DNA of 64,000 nucleotides from Candidatus Latescibacterota bacterium (GTDB lineage Bacteria; Latescibacterota; UBA2968; GCA-2709665): NCBI GenBank assembly GCA_965116875.1, contig OZ220733.1, positions 1,408,001 to 1,472,000 of the forward strand, read 5' to 3'. Shown piece by piece: positions 1 to 8,743 of this stretch (position 1 is its first letter; each line of letters starts with the position of its first letter). The notes under the pieces were generated by a model. It saw only the letters and a program-made list of their open reading frames with translations, ran no database searches and was not told where the DNA came from. The position numbers and the translations under genes were made by a program.

Positions 1-817
1 GATCGTGAACCAGAAACGTCCGCACGCCCTCCCCGGATTTCTCCAGCGCGGGAAACCGCGCGAACCAGCGATAGATCCGCCCGTCCCGCCGTTCCCACAC
101 GCGGTCAAGAAGGGGTTCGGCAAGGGCCGAACGGTAGGTTTTCGGCGAGTCTGCAACCCCCGAAAACAACGACACGGGCACCTCGTACCACTCTTCCTCC
201 CCGACCGCGATTCCACGCCGGTGCAGAGGCGAAAAAGGCACAGGAACCGCCGCTGCAGCCGTCAATCCCCGTTCGGCTGACCAGCGGTCCAGTTTCAGGT
301 AGGCGATGCCCGAAACGGCGACATTGAAAGCCATATAAGCCGCAAGCGCCGCCACACCCACGCGGTACCCGTCCGGACGCCATACCTTCCAGCCAAGTAC
401 CAGTCCGCCGACAAGTATGAGAACCAGGTACGGGTCGATAACAAACAGAACGTCGAACAACGCCCGGTACCTGGAAAACGGCATGAGGACCATCGTACCG
501 TAAGAGGTTACCAGATCGAACAGAATGTGCAACAACAGCCCCGAAAAGGCGACCGTATACAGCTTTGTGAACGGGACGTCCTTGAGTATGAATCGCCGGA
601 CGACCCACGCCACTGCCACGGCGCCAATTGCGGCGCCGAAAAACGAATGTGTCATTCCACGGTGCGTCTGCAGGCTGTCCAGCGCGTCACCGGGCAGGAA
701 CACGTCCAGGTCCGGCAATACACTGGTAACGGTCATCAGATTCACAAAGCCCCGGTTCCGCGGCCACACGGACCGCGCGACCAGACGGCCAACCAGGCCG
801 TGCGTCGGGGTATCCAT
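1..817 (-). CDS. Membrane-bound metal-dependent hydrolase (YdjM-like), runs off the window start
   Basis: Manual translation from ATG 817 (RBS GGGAGAAAGG): MDTPTHGLVGRLVARS...VLPDLD...THRGMTHSF...LLHILFDLVTSYGT; typical MDxxTH / PDLD / HRGxTHS / HxxxD motifs. Absent from the ORF track because there is no stop inside the window. Confidence 0.85.
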   Translation of the reverse strand, partial: MDTPTHGLVGRLVARSVWPRNRGFVNLMTVTSVLPDLDVFLPGDALDSLQTHRGMTHSFFGAAIGAVAVAWVVRRFILKDVPFTKLYTVAFSGLLLHILFDLVTSYGTMVLMPFSRYRALFDVLFVIDPYLVLILVGGLVLGWKVWRPDGYRVGVAALAAYMAFNVAVSGIAYLKLDRWSAERGLTAAAAVPVPFSPLHRRGIAVGEEEWYEVPVSLFSGVADSPKTYRSALAEPLLDRVWERRDGRIYRWFARFPALEKSGEGVRTFLVHD

Positions 818-993
818 ACCTTTCTCCCACTTCGAACACGAATGAGACCGCAACCGGCGGAAGTGAGTGGAACCGGTCCCTTCCCGCACCGTCACGGGTG
901 ATCCGATGCCTCCTCGCGCGGTCAGCTTCATCGTTGTGTGACACACAGAATATACGGAAAGCTCCGGCTGAATCAACCCCGCGCAATCGCAAC

Positions 994-1023
994 TTGACAT
1001 AACGGCGTTCCGTCCCATAAATT
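994..1023 (+). promoter_or_regulatory. Putative sigma70 promoter for the SDR gene
   Basis: TTGACA (994-999), 18-nt spacer, TAAATT (1018-1023). Confidence 0.4.
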
Positions 1024-1095
1024 TCCCACCACTCTTGCGCCGATGGAACACGGGAACCCATTTCCGGGGCAGGAGGCCAATCTCCGTTCCATTAT

Positions 1096-1194
1096 CAGCC
1101 CGTTGAAAAAGTCCATCCGGACTACGGCCGGCCCTTGCGGTCGAAAACCTGCGTTGCTCGGCCTCGCCTGCAGAGCGACTTTCTCAACGGACTG
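1096..1194. mobile_element. MITE-like element, family B (IS5-like ends), copy 1
   Basis: Terminal inverted repeats CAGCCCGTTGAAAAAGTC / GACTTTCTCAACGGACTG; flanked by TTAT on both sides; homologous to 4689-4848 and 31188-31272. Confidence 0.8.
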
Positions 1195-1226
1195 TTATGG
1201 GAACGGGTTGCCGGGAGGGTTTGGAT

Positions 1227-1958
1227 ATGTCGAGGCTCGAAGGGAAAGTCGCGGTGGTAACCGGCGGGAACCAGGGCATCGGGAAGGGAATTGCGCGCGC
1301 GCTGGCCAAAGAGGGCGCGAATCTGGTGTTGACGGCCAGAACGGTGGAAAAACTCGAATCGGCTGCCGAAGAAATGAGGGCCGAGGGCGTGGAGGCGGTT
1401 GCCGCTCCCGCAGACGTTACCGACGAATCGCAGGTGCAGGCGGTGTTTGCGAAAACGATGGAGCGATACGGGAGGGTGGATGTGCTGGTGAATAACGCGG
1501 CGGCCTTTGACGGGGGACGAATCGACGAACTCTCCCTGTCTGCATGGGACTGGGCGATGGCAGTAAACCTGCGCGGACCCTTTCTGTGCACGCGGGAGGC
1601 GTTCCGCATCATGAAGGAACAGGGAGGCGGCCGGATCATCAACATCGGCAGTATTTCCGCACAGCGCGTCCGCCCGAATTCCGCACCTTACAGCACCAGC
1701 AAATTCGGGATTACCGGCCTGACACATGCCACCGCGCTGGACGGCCGGGACTACGGAATTGTCTGCTCCTGCCTGCACCCCGGTAACACGCTGGTGGAAC
1801 GACGCGAGGAATCCGACGCGCCCACGGACGACGAACCGATGATGACGGTGGATGAGCTGGCCCAGGCGGCGGTAACCATGGCGACACTGCCGCTCCACGT
1901 GAATATGCTGGAGGCGATCGTGTTGCCCGTGGGACAGCTGTATGTTGGCAGAGGTTGA
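1227..1958 (+). CDS. SDR family NAD(P)-dependent oxidoreductase
   Basis: TGGNQGIG, VNNA and YSTSK motifs; ATG 1227 follows GGAGG. Confidence 0.93.
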   Translation: MSRLEGKVAVVTGGNQGIGKGIARALAKEGANLVLTARTVEKLESAAEEMRAEGVEAVAAPADVTDESQVQAVFAKTMERYGRVDVLVNNAAAFDGGRIDELSLSAWDWAMAVNLRGPFLCTREAFRIMKEQGGGRIINIGSISAQRVRPNSAPYSTSKFGITGLTHATALDGRDYGIVCSCLHPGNTLVERREESDAPTDDEPMMTVDELAQAAVTMATLPLHVNMLEAIVLPVGQLYVGRG

Positions 1959-2085
1959 ATCGATACCTGTGTGTTTCCGGTCAAGTCCGGATCCTGGAAC
2001 GGGATCCGGCCAGAGGCGTTCCGGATCTTATCCTGCCCATTCTGTTTATCCATAGTCTTTGAGTGAATCCGGATATGGAATTTCC

Positions 2086-2114
2086 TTGACTCTCTCGATG
2101 TGATTGTTTAATGT
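2086..2114 (+). promoter_or_regulatory. Putative sigma70 promoter of the trp/aro leader
   Basis: TTGACT (2086-2091), 17-nt spacer, TAATGT (2109-2114). Confidence 0.55.
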
Positions 2115-2193
2115 TAGACCGTTCCTGCCGAAGCGGTTGTTTGCCGTTGCGCGGCACGAAACCGGCAGGACACCGGATCGTGGAGGATTGAAC

Positions 2194-2301
2194 GTGACCG
2201 ATCGGAATCGAAACGGGTTTTCCTGGCGTGGGTATTTTTATCGCTCCTACCGGAGGTATTACCGGGAGGCCTCGGATTGTTGTGTCTGCCCACGCGAGTA
2301 A
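2194..2301 (+). CDS. Aromatic-amino-acid-rich attenuator leader peptide (35 aa, MTDRNRNGFSWRGYFYRSYRRYYREASDCCVCPRE)
   Basis: GGAGG (2182-2186) 7 nt before GTG 2194; 8 aromatic codons (2 Phe, 1 Trp, 5 Tyr) within codons 9-23; directly upstream of a terminator and trpE. Confidence 0.8.
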   Translation: MTDRNRNGFSWRGYFYRSYRRYYREASDCCVCPRE

Positions 2302-2335
2302 ACTGCTGAAAGAGACGTAAACCGGGCCGTGGGCA
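2226..2335 (+). promoter_or_regulatory. Attenuator alternative pairings (1:2 protector and 2:3 antiterminator)
   Basis: GCGTGGGTA (2226-2234) can pair with TGCCCACGC (2287-2295); TGCCCACG (2287-2294) is the exact complement of CGTGGGCA (2328-2335), the 5' arm of the terminator. Confidence 0.8.
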
Positions 2336-2355
2336 TCTGCTCACGGTTTTTTTTT
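2327..2355 (+). terminator. Attenuator intrinsic terminator (3:4 hairpin)
   Basis: CCGTGGGC-atct-GCTCACGG stem-loop followed by 9 T, located 5' of trpE. Confidence 0.9.
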
Positions 2356-2423
2356 GATACGGACAACACAGGACGCCGGTGCCGCGAAACAGCGGCACAA
2401 CCGGCCGACTGCCTGGTGAACTC

Positions 2424-3905
2424 GTGAACACACCCGATTTGGAGACGCTGAAGACATTGGCCAGGGGCCGGGGTATCGTTCCAATCTCCCGCGAAATCCT
2501 AGGGGATACGGAAACGCCGGTTTCCGCCTATTTGAAGCTGCGGACCGGAAGTCCCTACAGCTTTCTCTTCGAAAGCGTGGAGGGAGGGGAAAAGATCGGC
2601 CGTTATTCCTTCCTGGGCGTGGAGCCGTTTCTTGCGTTTCGGTCGTGGAAATCCCGGATTGAGATTGAAGATCTGAAGCGGGGCGGCGTAAGGGCATATG
2701 AGGGATCGCCCATCGCCGAGCTCAGGCGCCTGTTGGGAAAATACCGCTCGGCGCAGTTGGAGGGGCTGCCCCGGTTTACCGGCGGAGCCGTGGGATACGT
2801 GGCCTACGATGCAATCCGTCTGGTCGAAAATATCCCGGACCGAACGCGAGACGACCACGGTTTGCCCGACGTCGTGTTGCTCTTCTACGATACGCTTCTT
2901 GGCTTTGACAACGTACGGCAGAAGATCCATCTGATCTCCAATGTACATACCGCGGGAGATATCGAGCGGAATTACCGGGAGGCGGAAGCGCGAATCGATG
3001 CGATGGAAACGGCATTGCGCGGACCGATTCCCGCCAACGGTGTCCCGGCCGGAACGCCGCGCAACCGGGCGAGCGAAATCCGGTCGAACACGGAACGGTC
3101 GGTTTTTCTGGACAAGGTGCGTCGCTGCAAGGAATATATCGTGGCGGGCGATATTTTCCAGGTTGTACTCTCGCAGCGTTTCGAAACCGAGGTCACCGTG
3201 GGATCTCTGGACGTCTACCGCGCGCTGCGCACGGTGAATCCGTCGCCTTATATGTTTCATCTGGACTTCAGTGACGTGCAACTCGTAGGCGCGTCGCCGG
3301 AGCTGCTGGTTCGTGTTGAGAACGGCGTCGTGCAGGTTCGTCCCATTGCGGGCACGCGCTGGAGAGGGGCTACGGAAGAGGAGGATTCCACCCTCGAGGC
3401 GGACCTGCTGGCGGACGAGAAGGAACGTGCGGAGCATATTATGCTACTGGACCTGGGCCGGAACGACGTTGGCCGTGTGTCCCGTTACGATTCCGTACGT
3501 GTAACCGAACAGATGGCGGTTGAGCGCTATTCTCACGTGATGCATATCGTCTCGAACGTTCAGGGGCATCTCAGGGACGGCGTGGATGCGCTGGATGCGC
3601 TGTATGCGTGTTACCCGGCAGGTACCGTTTCCGGCGCGCCCAAGATCCGGGCGATGGAAATTATCGACGAACTGGAGCCGACTCGCCGTGGACCGTACTC
3701 GGGGGCAGTGGGATATATTGATTTTTCGGGCAATATGGACACGTGCATCGCCATACGTACGATGGTGCTTCAGGGGCGCAAGGCGTACGTTCAGGCCGGC
3801 GGAGGGATTGTGTTCGATTCCGTGCCGGAAAACGAACACCTGGAAACGGTAAACAAGGCGAAGGCGCTGTTCAGGGCAGTGGAGCTGGCGGAGGGTGCGG
3901 ATTAG
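2424..3905 (+). CDS. trpE: Anthranilate synthase component I
   Basis: LFES, GDIFQVVLSQR, NPSPYM, KERAEHIML, PAGTVSGAPK motifs; start GTG 2424 preferred over 2379. Confidence 0.95.
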   Translation: MNTPDLETLKTLARGRGIVPISREILGDTETPVSAYLKLRTGSPYSFLFESVEGGEKIGRYSFLGVEPFLAFRSWKSRIEIEDLKRGGVRAYEGSPIAELRRLLGKYRSAQLEGLPRFTGGAVGYVAYDAIRLVENIPDRTRDDHGLPDVVLLFYDTLLGFDNVRQKIHLISNVHTAGDIERNYREAEARIDAMETALRGPIPANGVPAGTPRNRASEIRSNTERSVFLDKVRRCKEYIVAGDIFQVVLSQRFETEVTVGSLDVYRALRTVNPSPYMFHLDFSDVQLVGASPELLVRVENGVVQVRPIAGTRWRGATEEEDSTLEADLLADEKERAEHIMLLDLGRNDVGRVSRYDSVRVTEQMAVERYSHVMHIVSNVQGHLRDGVDALDALYACYPAGTVSGAPKIRAMEIIDELEPTRRGPYSGAVGYIDFSGNMDTCIAIRTMVLQGRKAYVQAGGGIVFDSVPENEHLETVNKAKALFRAVELAEGAD

Positions 3906-3934
3906 CATTGGCGATGTACACTACGATTCTCTAA

Positions 3935-4096
3935 GAAGCTGTCTTAGAATTCCCAGCGGTCTTCGCGCGGCTGCAAGAGCGCCGGTCGGCGTTGGTCAAA
4001 TCCACCCGTATAGACAAATATGGGCGAATTTTCCCGCCTTGACCGCCACTCTTTCGCTCGCGCTCGGGAACTCGCCGGTAATTTTAAAACAGCTTC
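3935..4096. mobile_element. MITE-like element, family A, complete copy
   Basis: Imperfect TIRs GAAGCTGTCTTAGAATT / AATTTTAAAACAGCTTC; TAA direct repeat at 3932-3934 and 4097-4099; homologous to 34909-35047. Confidence 0.8.
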
Positions 4097-4119
4097 TAAC
4101 AATCAGACCTGATTGATCT

Positions 4120-4683
4120 ATGATCCTGGTAATCGACAATTACGATTCGTTCACGTACAATCTGGTCCAGTATCTGGGCGAGTTGGGCGCCCGGATGGAG
4201 GTGTATCGGAACGATCAGATTGAACTTGACCGGATTGACGCGACTCTACCGGAGAAGGTGGTGATTTCGCCCGGCCCCTGCACGCCGAACGAGGCGGGAG
4301 TCAGCGTGGACCTGATCCGGCGATTTGCCGGGCGGATTCCGATGCTGGGGGTCTGTCTCGGGCACCAGTGCATCGGACAGGCCTTTGGCGGCAAGGTCGT
4401 GGGGGCGCCGGCAATTTTCCACGGGAAAGTGTCCGAGATTCATCACGACGGTCGTACGGTTTTCCGGGATATGTCCCAACCCTTCATCGCAACGCGATAC
4501 CATTCGCTGATGGTCGAGCGGGAGAGCCTGCCGGACTGCCTCGAAGTGTCCGCGCAGACGCACAACGGAATCATCATGGGTTTACGGCACAGGAAATATC
4601 CGGTTGAGGGCGTGCAGTTTCATCCCGAGTCCATATTGACGGCCGAGGGAAAAGTGTTGTTGAGGAATTTTCTGGAAGGCTGA
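4120..4683 (+). CDS. trpG: Anthranilate synthase component II (glutamine amidotransferase, TrpG/PabA)
   Basis: [33 protein letters not shown]. Confidence 0.95.
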   Translation: MILVIDNYDSFTYNLVQYLGELGARMEVYRNDQIELDRIDATLPEKVVISPGPCTPNEAGVSVDLIRRFAGRIPMLGVCLGHQCIGQAFGGKVVGAPAIFHGKVSEIHHDGRTVFRDMSQPFIATRYHSLMVERESLPDCLEVSAQTHNGIIMGLRHRKYPVEGVQFHPESILTAEGKVLLRNFLEG

Positions 4684-4688
4684 ACTAG

Positions 4689-4848
4689 CAGCCCGTTGAA
4701 AAAGCCCATCCGGGCTGCGGCCGGCCCTTGCGGTCGAAATACTGCGTTGCGCTCCCTCGCCGAATCAAGGGATGGGACTCGGTCGCGCGCCTTGTCTTCG
4801 ACCACAATGACTCGGCCTCGCCTGCAGAGCGACTTTATCAACGGACTG
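4689..4848. mobile_element. MITE-like element, family B, longest copy
   Basis: CAGCCCGTTGAAAAAG ... GACTTTATCAACGGACTG; flanks CTAG / TTAG. Confidence 0.8.
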
Positions 4849-4901
4849 TTAGGGGACCGGAAGCCGGTTCCGTTCTCTTCTCGCATTTCAGGGAGACGGC
4901 T

Positions 4902-5915
4902 ATGGCGATACAGGATGCGATCGCGAAACTGATCGAGGGGCAGGACCTCGCGCGTGAACGGATGATCGGGGCGATGAACCGGATCATGTCGGGTGGGGCC
5001 ACGGACGCGCAGATCGGCGCTTTCCTGGTGGCTCTCCGGGTCAAGGGCGAAACAGTCGAGGAAATTGCCGGCGCCGCCAGGGTGATGAGGGAGAAGGCGA
5101 CACGGGTCGACACGCGGCACGCGACCGTGGTCGATACATGCGGTACCGGAGGCGACGGTTCGGGAACGTTCAATATCTCCACGGCGGCGGCGTTTGTCGT
5201 GGCCGGCGCGGGATTGTGTGTCGCCAAACATGGCAACCGCGCCGCATCCAGCCTCTGTGGCAGCGCCGACGTTCTGAAGGAACTGGGGGTGAACATCGAA
5301 GCGTCGCCGGAGACGATGGGGCGGTGTCTGGACGAGGCGGGAATCGGGTTTCTCTTTGCTCCGGCCTTGCACGGCGCCATGAAATTTGCGATCGGACCCA
5401 GGCGGGAACTCGGGGTGCGCACGATTTTCAACGCCCTGGGACCGCTGACGAATCCGGCAGGCGCCACCCGGCACCTGATCGGGGTATACAGCCGGTCTCT
5501 GACCGACACGCTGGCGGAGGTATTGCGAACACTGGAATCGGAACGCGCGTTTGTGGTACACGGGCTGGACGGACTTGACGAGATCACCACGACCGGACCG
5601 ACGCAGGTGAGCGAGTTGAATGACGGGACCGTCTCCACGTACGAAATCACGCCCGAGGACCTGGGCATCTCAAGGGCTTCGCCGGGCGACCTGGCGGGAG
5701 GCAGCGCCGAGACCAATGCGGCGATCCTGCGCAGGGTGCTGCATGGCGAGCCCGGTCCGCGGCTTGACGTCGTTCTGCTGAACGCGGCGGCCGCAATTGT
5801 AGCGGGCGCCGCCGCGGATGATCTGCCGGCGGCTATTGAGCTGGCCAGGGAGACCGTGGATTCGGGGCGGGCGATCGAAAAACTGGAAAAACTCAAGCTG
5901 GTTTCGGCCGGATAA
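4902..5915 (+). CDS. trpD: Anthranilate phosphoribosyltransferase
   Basis: DTCGTGGDG, NISTAAA, KHGNR, GPLTNP, GLDE; ATG 4902 after GGGAG (the longer ORF start lies inside the MITE). Confidence 0.96.
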   Translation: MAIQDAIAKLIEGQDLARERMIGAMNRIMSGGATDAQIGAFLVALRVKGETVEEIAGAARVMREKATRVDTRHATVVDTCGTGGDGSGTFNISTAAAFVVAGAGLCVAKHGNRAASSLCGSADVLKELGVNIEASPETMGRCLDEAGIGFLFAPALHGAMKFAIGPRRELGVRTIFNALGPLTNPAGATRHLIGVYSRSLTDTLAEVLRTLESERAFVVHGLDGLDEITTTGPTQVSELNDGTVSTYEITPEDLGISRASPGDLAGGSAETNAAILRRVLHGEPGPRLDVVLLNAAAAIVAGAAADDLPAAIELARETVDSGRAIEKLEKLKLVSAG

Positions 5916-5916
5916 A

Positions 5917-6708
5917 ATGGCTACCATCCTGGATGAGATCATCGCATACAAAAGACGCGTTGTGGCCGAGGCAAAACAGCGGATTTCGCCTGAGGACTTG
6001 CGTACACAGGCCGGCCGGACGCGGAAGCCGGGCTCCCTGACGGAATGCCTGACCGCCGTTGAGGATATCGCGCTCATAGCCGAAATAAAAAAGGCATCCC
6101 CATCGAAAGGGGTGATCAGGAAAGACTTCGATCCGGTTGCAATCGGCCGGGCCTACGAGAAAAACGGCGCGGCGGCAATTTCCGTGCTTACGGACGAGAA
6201 GTATTTTCAGGGCTCCAACGCGGGCCTGAGTGCCGTAAGCGAAGCCGTTCAATTGCCGATACTCCGCAAGGATTTCGTGATCGATCCGTATCAGATTCTC
6301 GAAGCCAGGACAATCGGTGCGGCCGCGGTTCTGCTGATTGTCTCGGCGCTCTCGAAACCTGCACTGTCGGAGATGCTCTCAGTCTGCAGAGATTTGGAAC
6401 TGGACGCCCTGGTGGAAGTACATACCAGGGAGGAAGCGAGTATGGCGCTGGATGCCGGCGCGGATCTTGTGGGGGTGAACAACCGCGACCTGAAGACGTT
6501 CGAGACCGATCTGCGAACCACGTTCGACCTGATTGAACATTTTCAGGGAAATCCGGTTATTGTAAGCGAGAGCGGGATCGAGACCAGAAACGACGTCGTC
6601 CGGTTGAGGGATGCCGGCGTGGATGCGGTGCTGGTCGGGGAACATCTGATGCGTCATCCCGACGTCGGCCGGAAGCTTCGGGCGCTGCTGGGCAAGGAAG
6701 GCGGGTGA
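5917..6708 (+). CDS. trpC: Indole-3-glycerol phosphate synthase
   Basis: IAEIKKASPSKG, SVLTDEKYFQGS, LRKDF, GVNNRDL, VSESG. Confidence 0.96.
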   Translation: MATILDEIIAYKRRVVAEAKQRISPEDLRTQAGRTRKPGSLTECLTAVEDIALIAEIKKASPSKGVIRKDFDPVAIGRAYEKNGAAAISVLTDEKYFQGSNAGLSAVSEAVQLPILRKDFVIDPYQILEARTIGAAAVLLIVSALSKPALSEMLSVCRDLELDALVEVHTREEASMALDAGADLVGVNNRDLKTFETDLRTTFDLIEHFQGNPVIVSESGIETRNDVVRLRDAGVDAVLVGEHLMRHPDVGRKLRALLGKEGG

Positions 6709-7349
6709 CCGGACTCATGGTTCGTGTGAAGATTTGCGGGATCACAAATCCGGAGGATGCTCTCTTTTCGGTCGCACACGGTGTGGACGCGCTCGGGTTC
6801 ATCTTCTACGAGCACAGCCCGCGATACGTACCCCCGGAACGCGTGAGCGATATTGTTTCGGCGTTGCCGCCGTTCGTGACTCCGGTAGGGGTTTTCGTGA
6901 ATACGGACAGGGCGGAGATCCTGAAAACCGTGCGGTCAACCGGAATACGGGCGGTCCAGTTGCACGGCGACGAAACGCCGGCCGACTGTCTGGGATATCC
7001 GTTTCCGGTCATCCGCGCATTGCGGGTTGGTGACGGATTCGATCCTGCTTCCCTGAGCGACTATCCGGTAAACACGTTTTTGCTGGATACGGCCAGGAAG
7101 GGATGGTACGGCGGCACCGGAGAGACCTTTGACTGGCGGTTGGCAAGGGCGGCAACCGCACACGGGCGGATCATCCTCTCGGGAGGAATGGATCCGTCGA
7201 ACGTGGCAGAAGCGGTCCGAACGGTGAATCCGTACGCCGTAGACTGCGGCAGCGGTGTTGAAGCCGCGCCGGGCCGGAAAGACCATGCCAGAATCCGGGA
7301 ATTCCTGGGTGCGCTCCGCCTTGTGAACCGCCACAATCAGCCTGCATGA
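6705..7349 (+). CDS. trpF: Phosphoribosylanthranilate isomerase
   Basis: VKICGIT, QLHGDE, GGTGETFDW, SGVE; GTGA overlap with the trpC stop. Confidence 0.95.
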   Translation: MTGLMVRVKICGITNPEDALFSVAHGVDALGFIFYEHSPRYVPPERVSDIVSALPPFVTPVGVFVNTDRAEILKTVRSTGIRAVQLHGDETPADCLGYPFPVIRALRVGDGFDPASLSDYPVNTFLLDTARKGWYGGTGETFDWRLARAATAHGRIILSGGMDPSNVAEAVRTVNPYAVDCGSGVEAAPGRKDHARIREFLGALRLVNRHNQPA

Positions 7350-7384
7350 ATCCACTATTGCGAATTTGACCGGAGCCCAATTCC

Positions 7385-8647
7385 GTGGATATATTGAAAG
7401 ATCTGGACCATCGGGGGTACCTCTTTCAGGTAACGGACCCCGATGGACTCAAGTCGCGGCTGACCGATGGGCCCATAACGCTCTATTCAGGGTTCGACCC
7501 CACGGCCGACAGCCTGCACGTGGGCAATCTGATACCCATTCTCGGATTGCGGCGGTTTCAGTTGGCCGGGCATCATCCAATCGGGCTTATCGGGGGAGGC
7601 ACGGGGCTGATAGGCGATCCGAGCGGCAGCAAGGAAGAACGTCCGTTGAACCCGCCCGAATTGATCGCGGAATATACCGGAAAACTTACAGAACAACTCG
7701 CCAGGTTCCTCGATTTCGAGACGGGAACCAATCCCGCCCGTGTGGTCAGCAATCTGGGATGGCTCTCCGAACTGAAGGCGATTGATTTCCTGAGGGACAC
7801 GGGCAAGCACTTCTCCATGGGCTATATGCTGGCGAAAGAGTCCGTGGCTTCCCGGCTGGAGACCGGGATTTCATTCACCGAGTTCAGCTATATGGTCATT
7901 CAGGCCTATGATTTCATGGAGTTGTATCAGACGCGCGGATGCGAACTTCAGATTGGCGGGAGCGATCAATGGGGCAACATCACAGCGGGCATCGAGCTGA
8001 TCCGGCGCCGGATGGGCAAACAGGCGCACGGCCTGACGTTTCCACTGCTTGAAAAGGCCGACGGCTCCAAGTTCGGAAAGACGGCATCCGGCACCGTCTG
8101 GCTCGACGCGGAAAAAACGACGCCCTACCAGTTCTACCAGCACTGGATCAATACGGACGACCGGGACGTCGTGAAGTTTCTGAAGCTGTTTACCTTTCTT
8201 GCCGGGAGTGACATTGAAAATCTGGAAATGGAGGCGGCACAACACCCCGGGAAGCGAGAGGCACAGCGGGTGCTGGCGGAGGAAGTCACCACGCTCGTAC
8301 ACGACAGGTCGGCCGCGGAAAGGGCGCGGCGGATTTCCAACGCGCTGTTTTACGGGGACCTGAAAGACCTGAGTGCCAGAGAGATCGAGGAAGGGTTCAG
8401 CGACGTGCCGTCTCAGACGCTCAATGGCATTTCAGGCGTGGAACTGATGAATCTGCTGGTCGACGTTGGCATTTCATCCTCCATGCGCCAGGCGCGGGAA
8501 GATATCCGGTCCGGCGCGATATCCGTCAATGGCCGGCGATGCGCCGATACGGGCATGATGCTTGAACCCTCGGACAGAATCGCAGGGAGGTACGTGGTCG
8601 TGCGCCGGGGCAAACGGCGCTACTTTCTCGTGCGCTGGAATCTCTGA
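7385..8647 (+). CDS. tyrS: Tyrosine--tRNA ligase
   Basis: GFDPTADSLHVGN, QIGGSDQWGNI, KFGKT, C-terminal S4-like domain. Confidence 0.97.
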   Translation: MDILKDLDHRGYLFQVTDPDGLKSRLTDGPITLYSGFDPTADSLHVGNLIPILGLRRFQLAGHHPIGLIGGGTGLIGDPSGSKEERPLNPPELIAEYTGKLTEQLARFLDFETGTNPARVVSNLGWLSELKAIDFLRDTGKHFSMGYMLAKESVASRLETGISFTEFSYMVIQAYDFMELYQTRGCELQIGGSDQWGNITAGIELIRRRMGKQAHGLTFPLLEKADGSKFGKTASGTVWLDAEKTTPYQFYQHWINTDDRDVVKFLKLFTFLAGSDIENLEMEAAQHPGKREAQRVLAEEVTTLVHDRSAAERARRISNALFYGDLKDLSAREIEEGFSDVPSQTLNGISGVELMNLLVDVGISSSMRQAREDIRSGAISVNGRRCADTGMMLEPSDRIAGRYVVVRRGKRRYFLVRWNL

Positions 8648-8743
8648 CGGGAGGAAGCCGGACCGCGGTTGCGTACCAGGCCGCAATGCATGATATGAAG
8701 ACCCGAAAACCAGCATGGATAACTTCAGGAGAGGATCCCTTCA

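Noticed and set aside
105-1061. Several ORF-track calls at the left edge
   Set aside because: The real gene is the - strand frame from 817 that runs off the window; the listed ORFs are alternative frames.
2028-2056. TTATCCTGCCCATTCTGTTTATCCAT, resembling 9-mer ATCCTG repeats seen near GxxExxY genes
   Set aside because: Single short degenerate instance with no associated gene.
2104-2193. 65-aa version of the leader ORF starting at TTG 2104
   Set aside because: The start overlaps the predicted -10 region and lacks an RBS; GTG 2194 has GGAGG at good spacing.
2120-2355. T-box riboswitch or TRAP-binding site as the trp/tyrS control element
   Set aside because: No T-box consensus (AAnnnGGGTGGnACC-like) and no (G/T)AG repeat array seen; the leader-peptide model explains the pairings.
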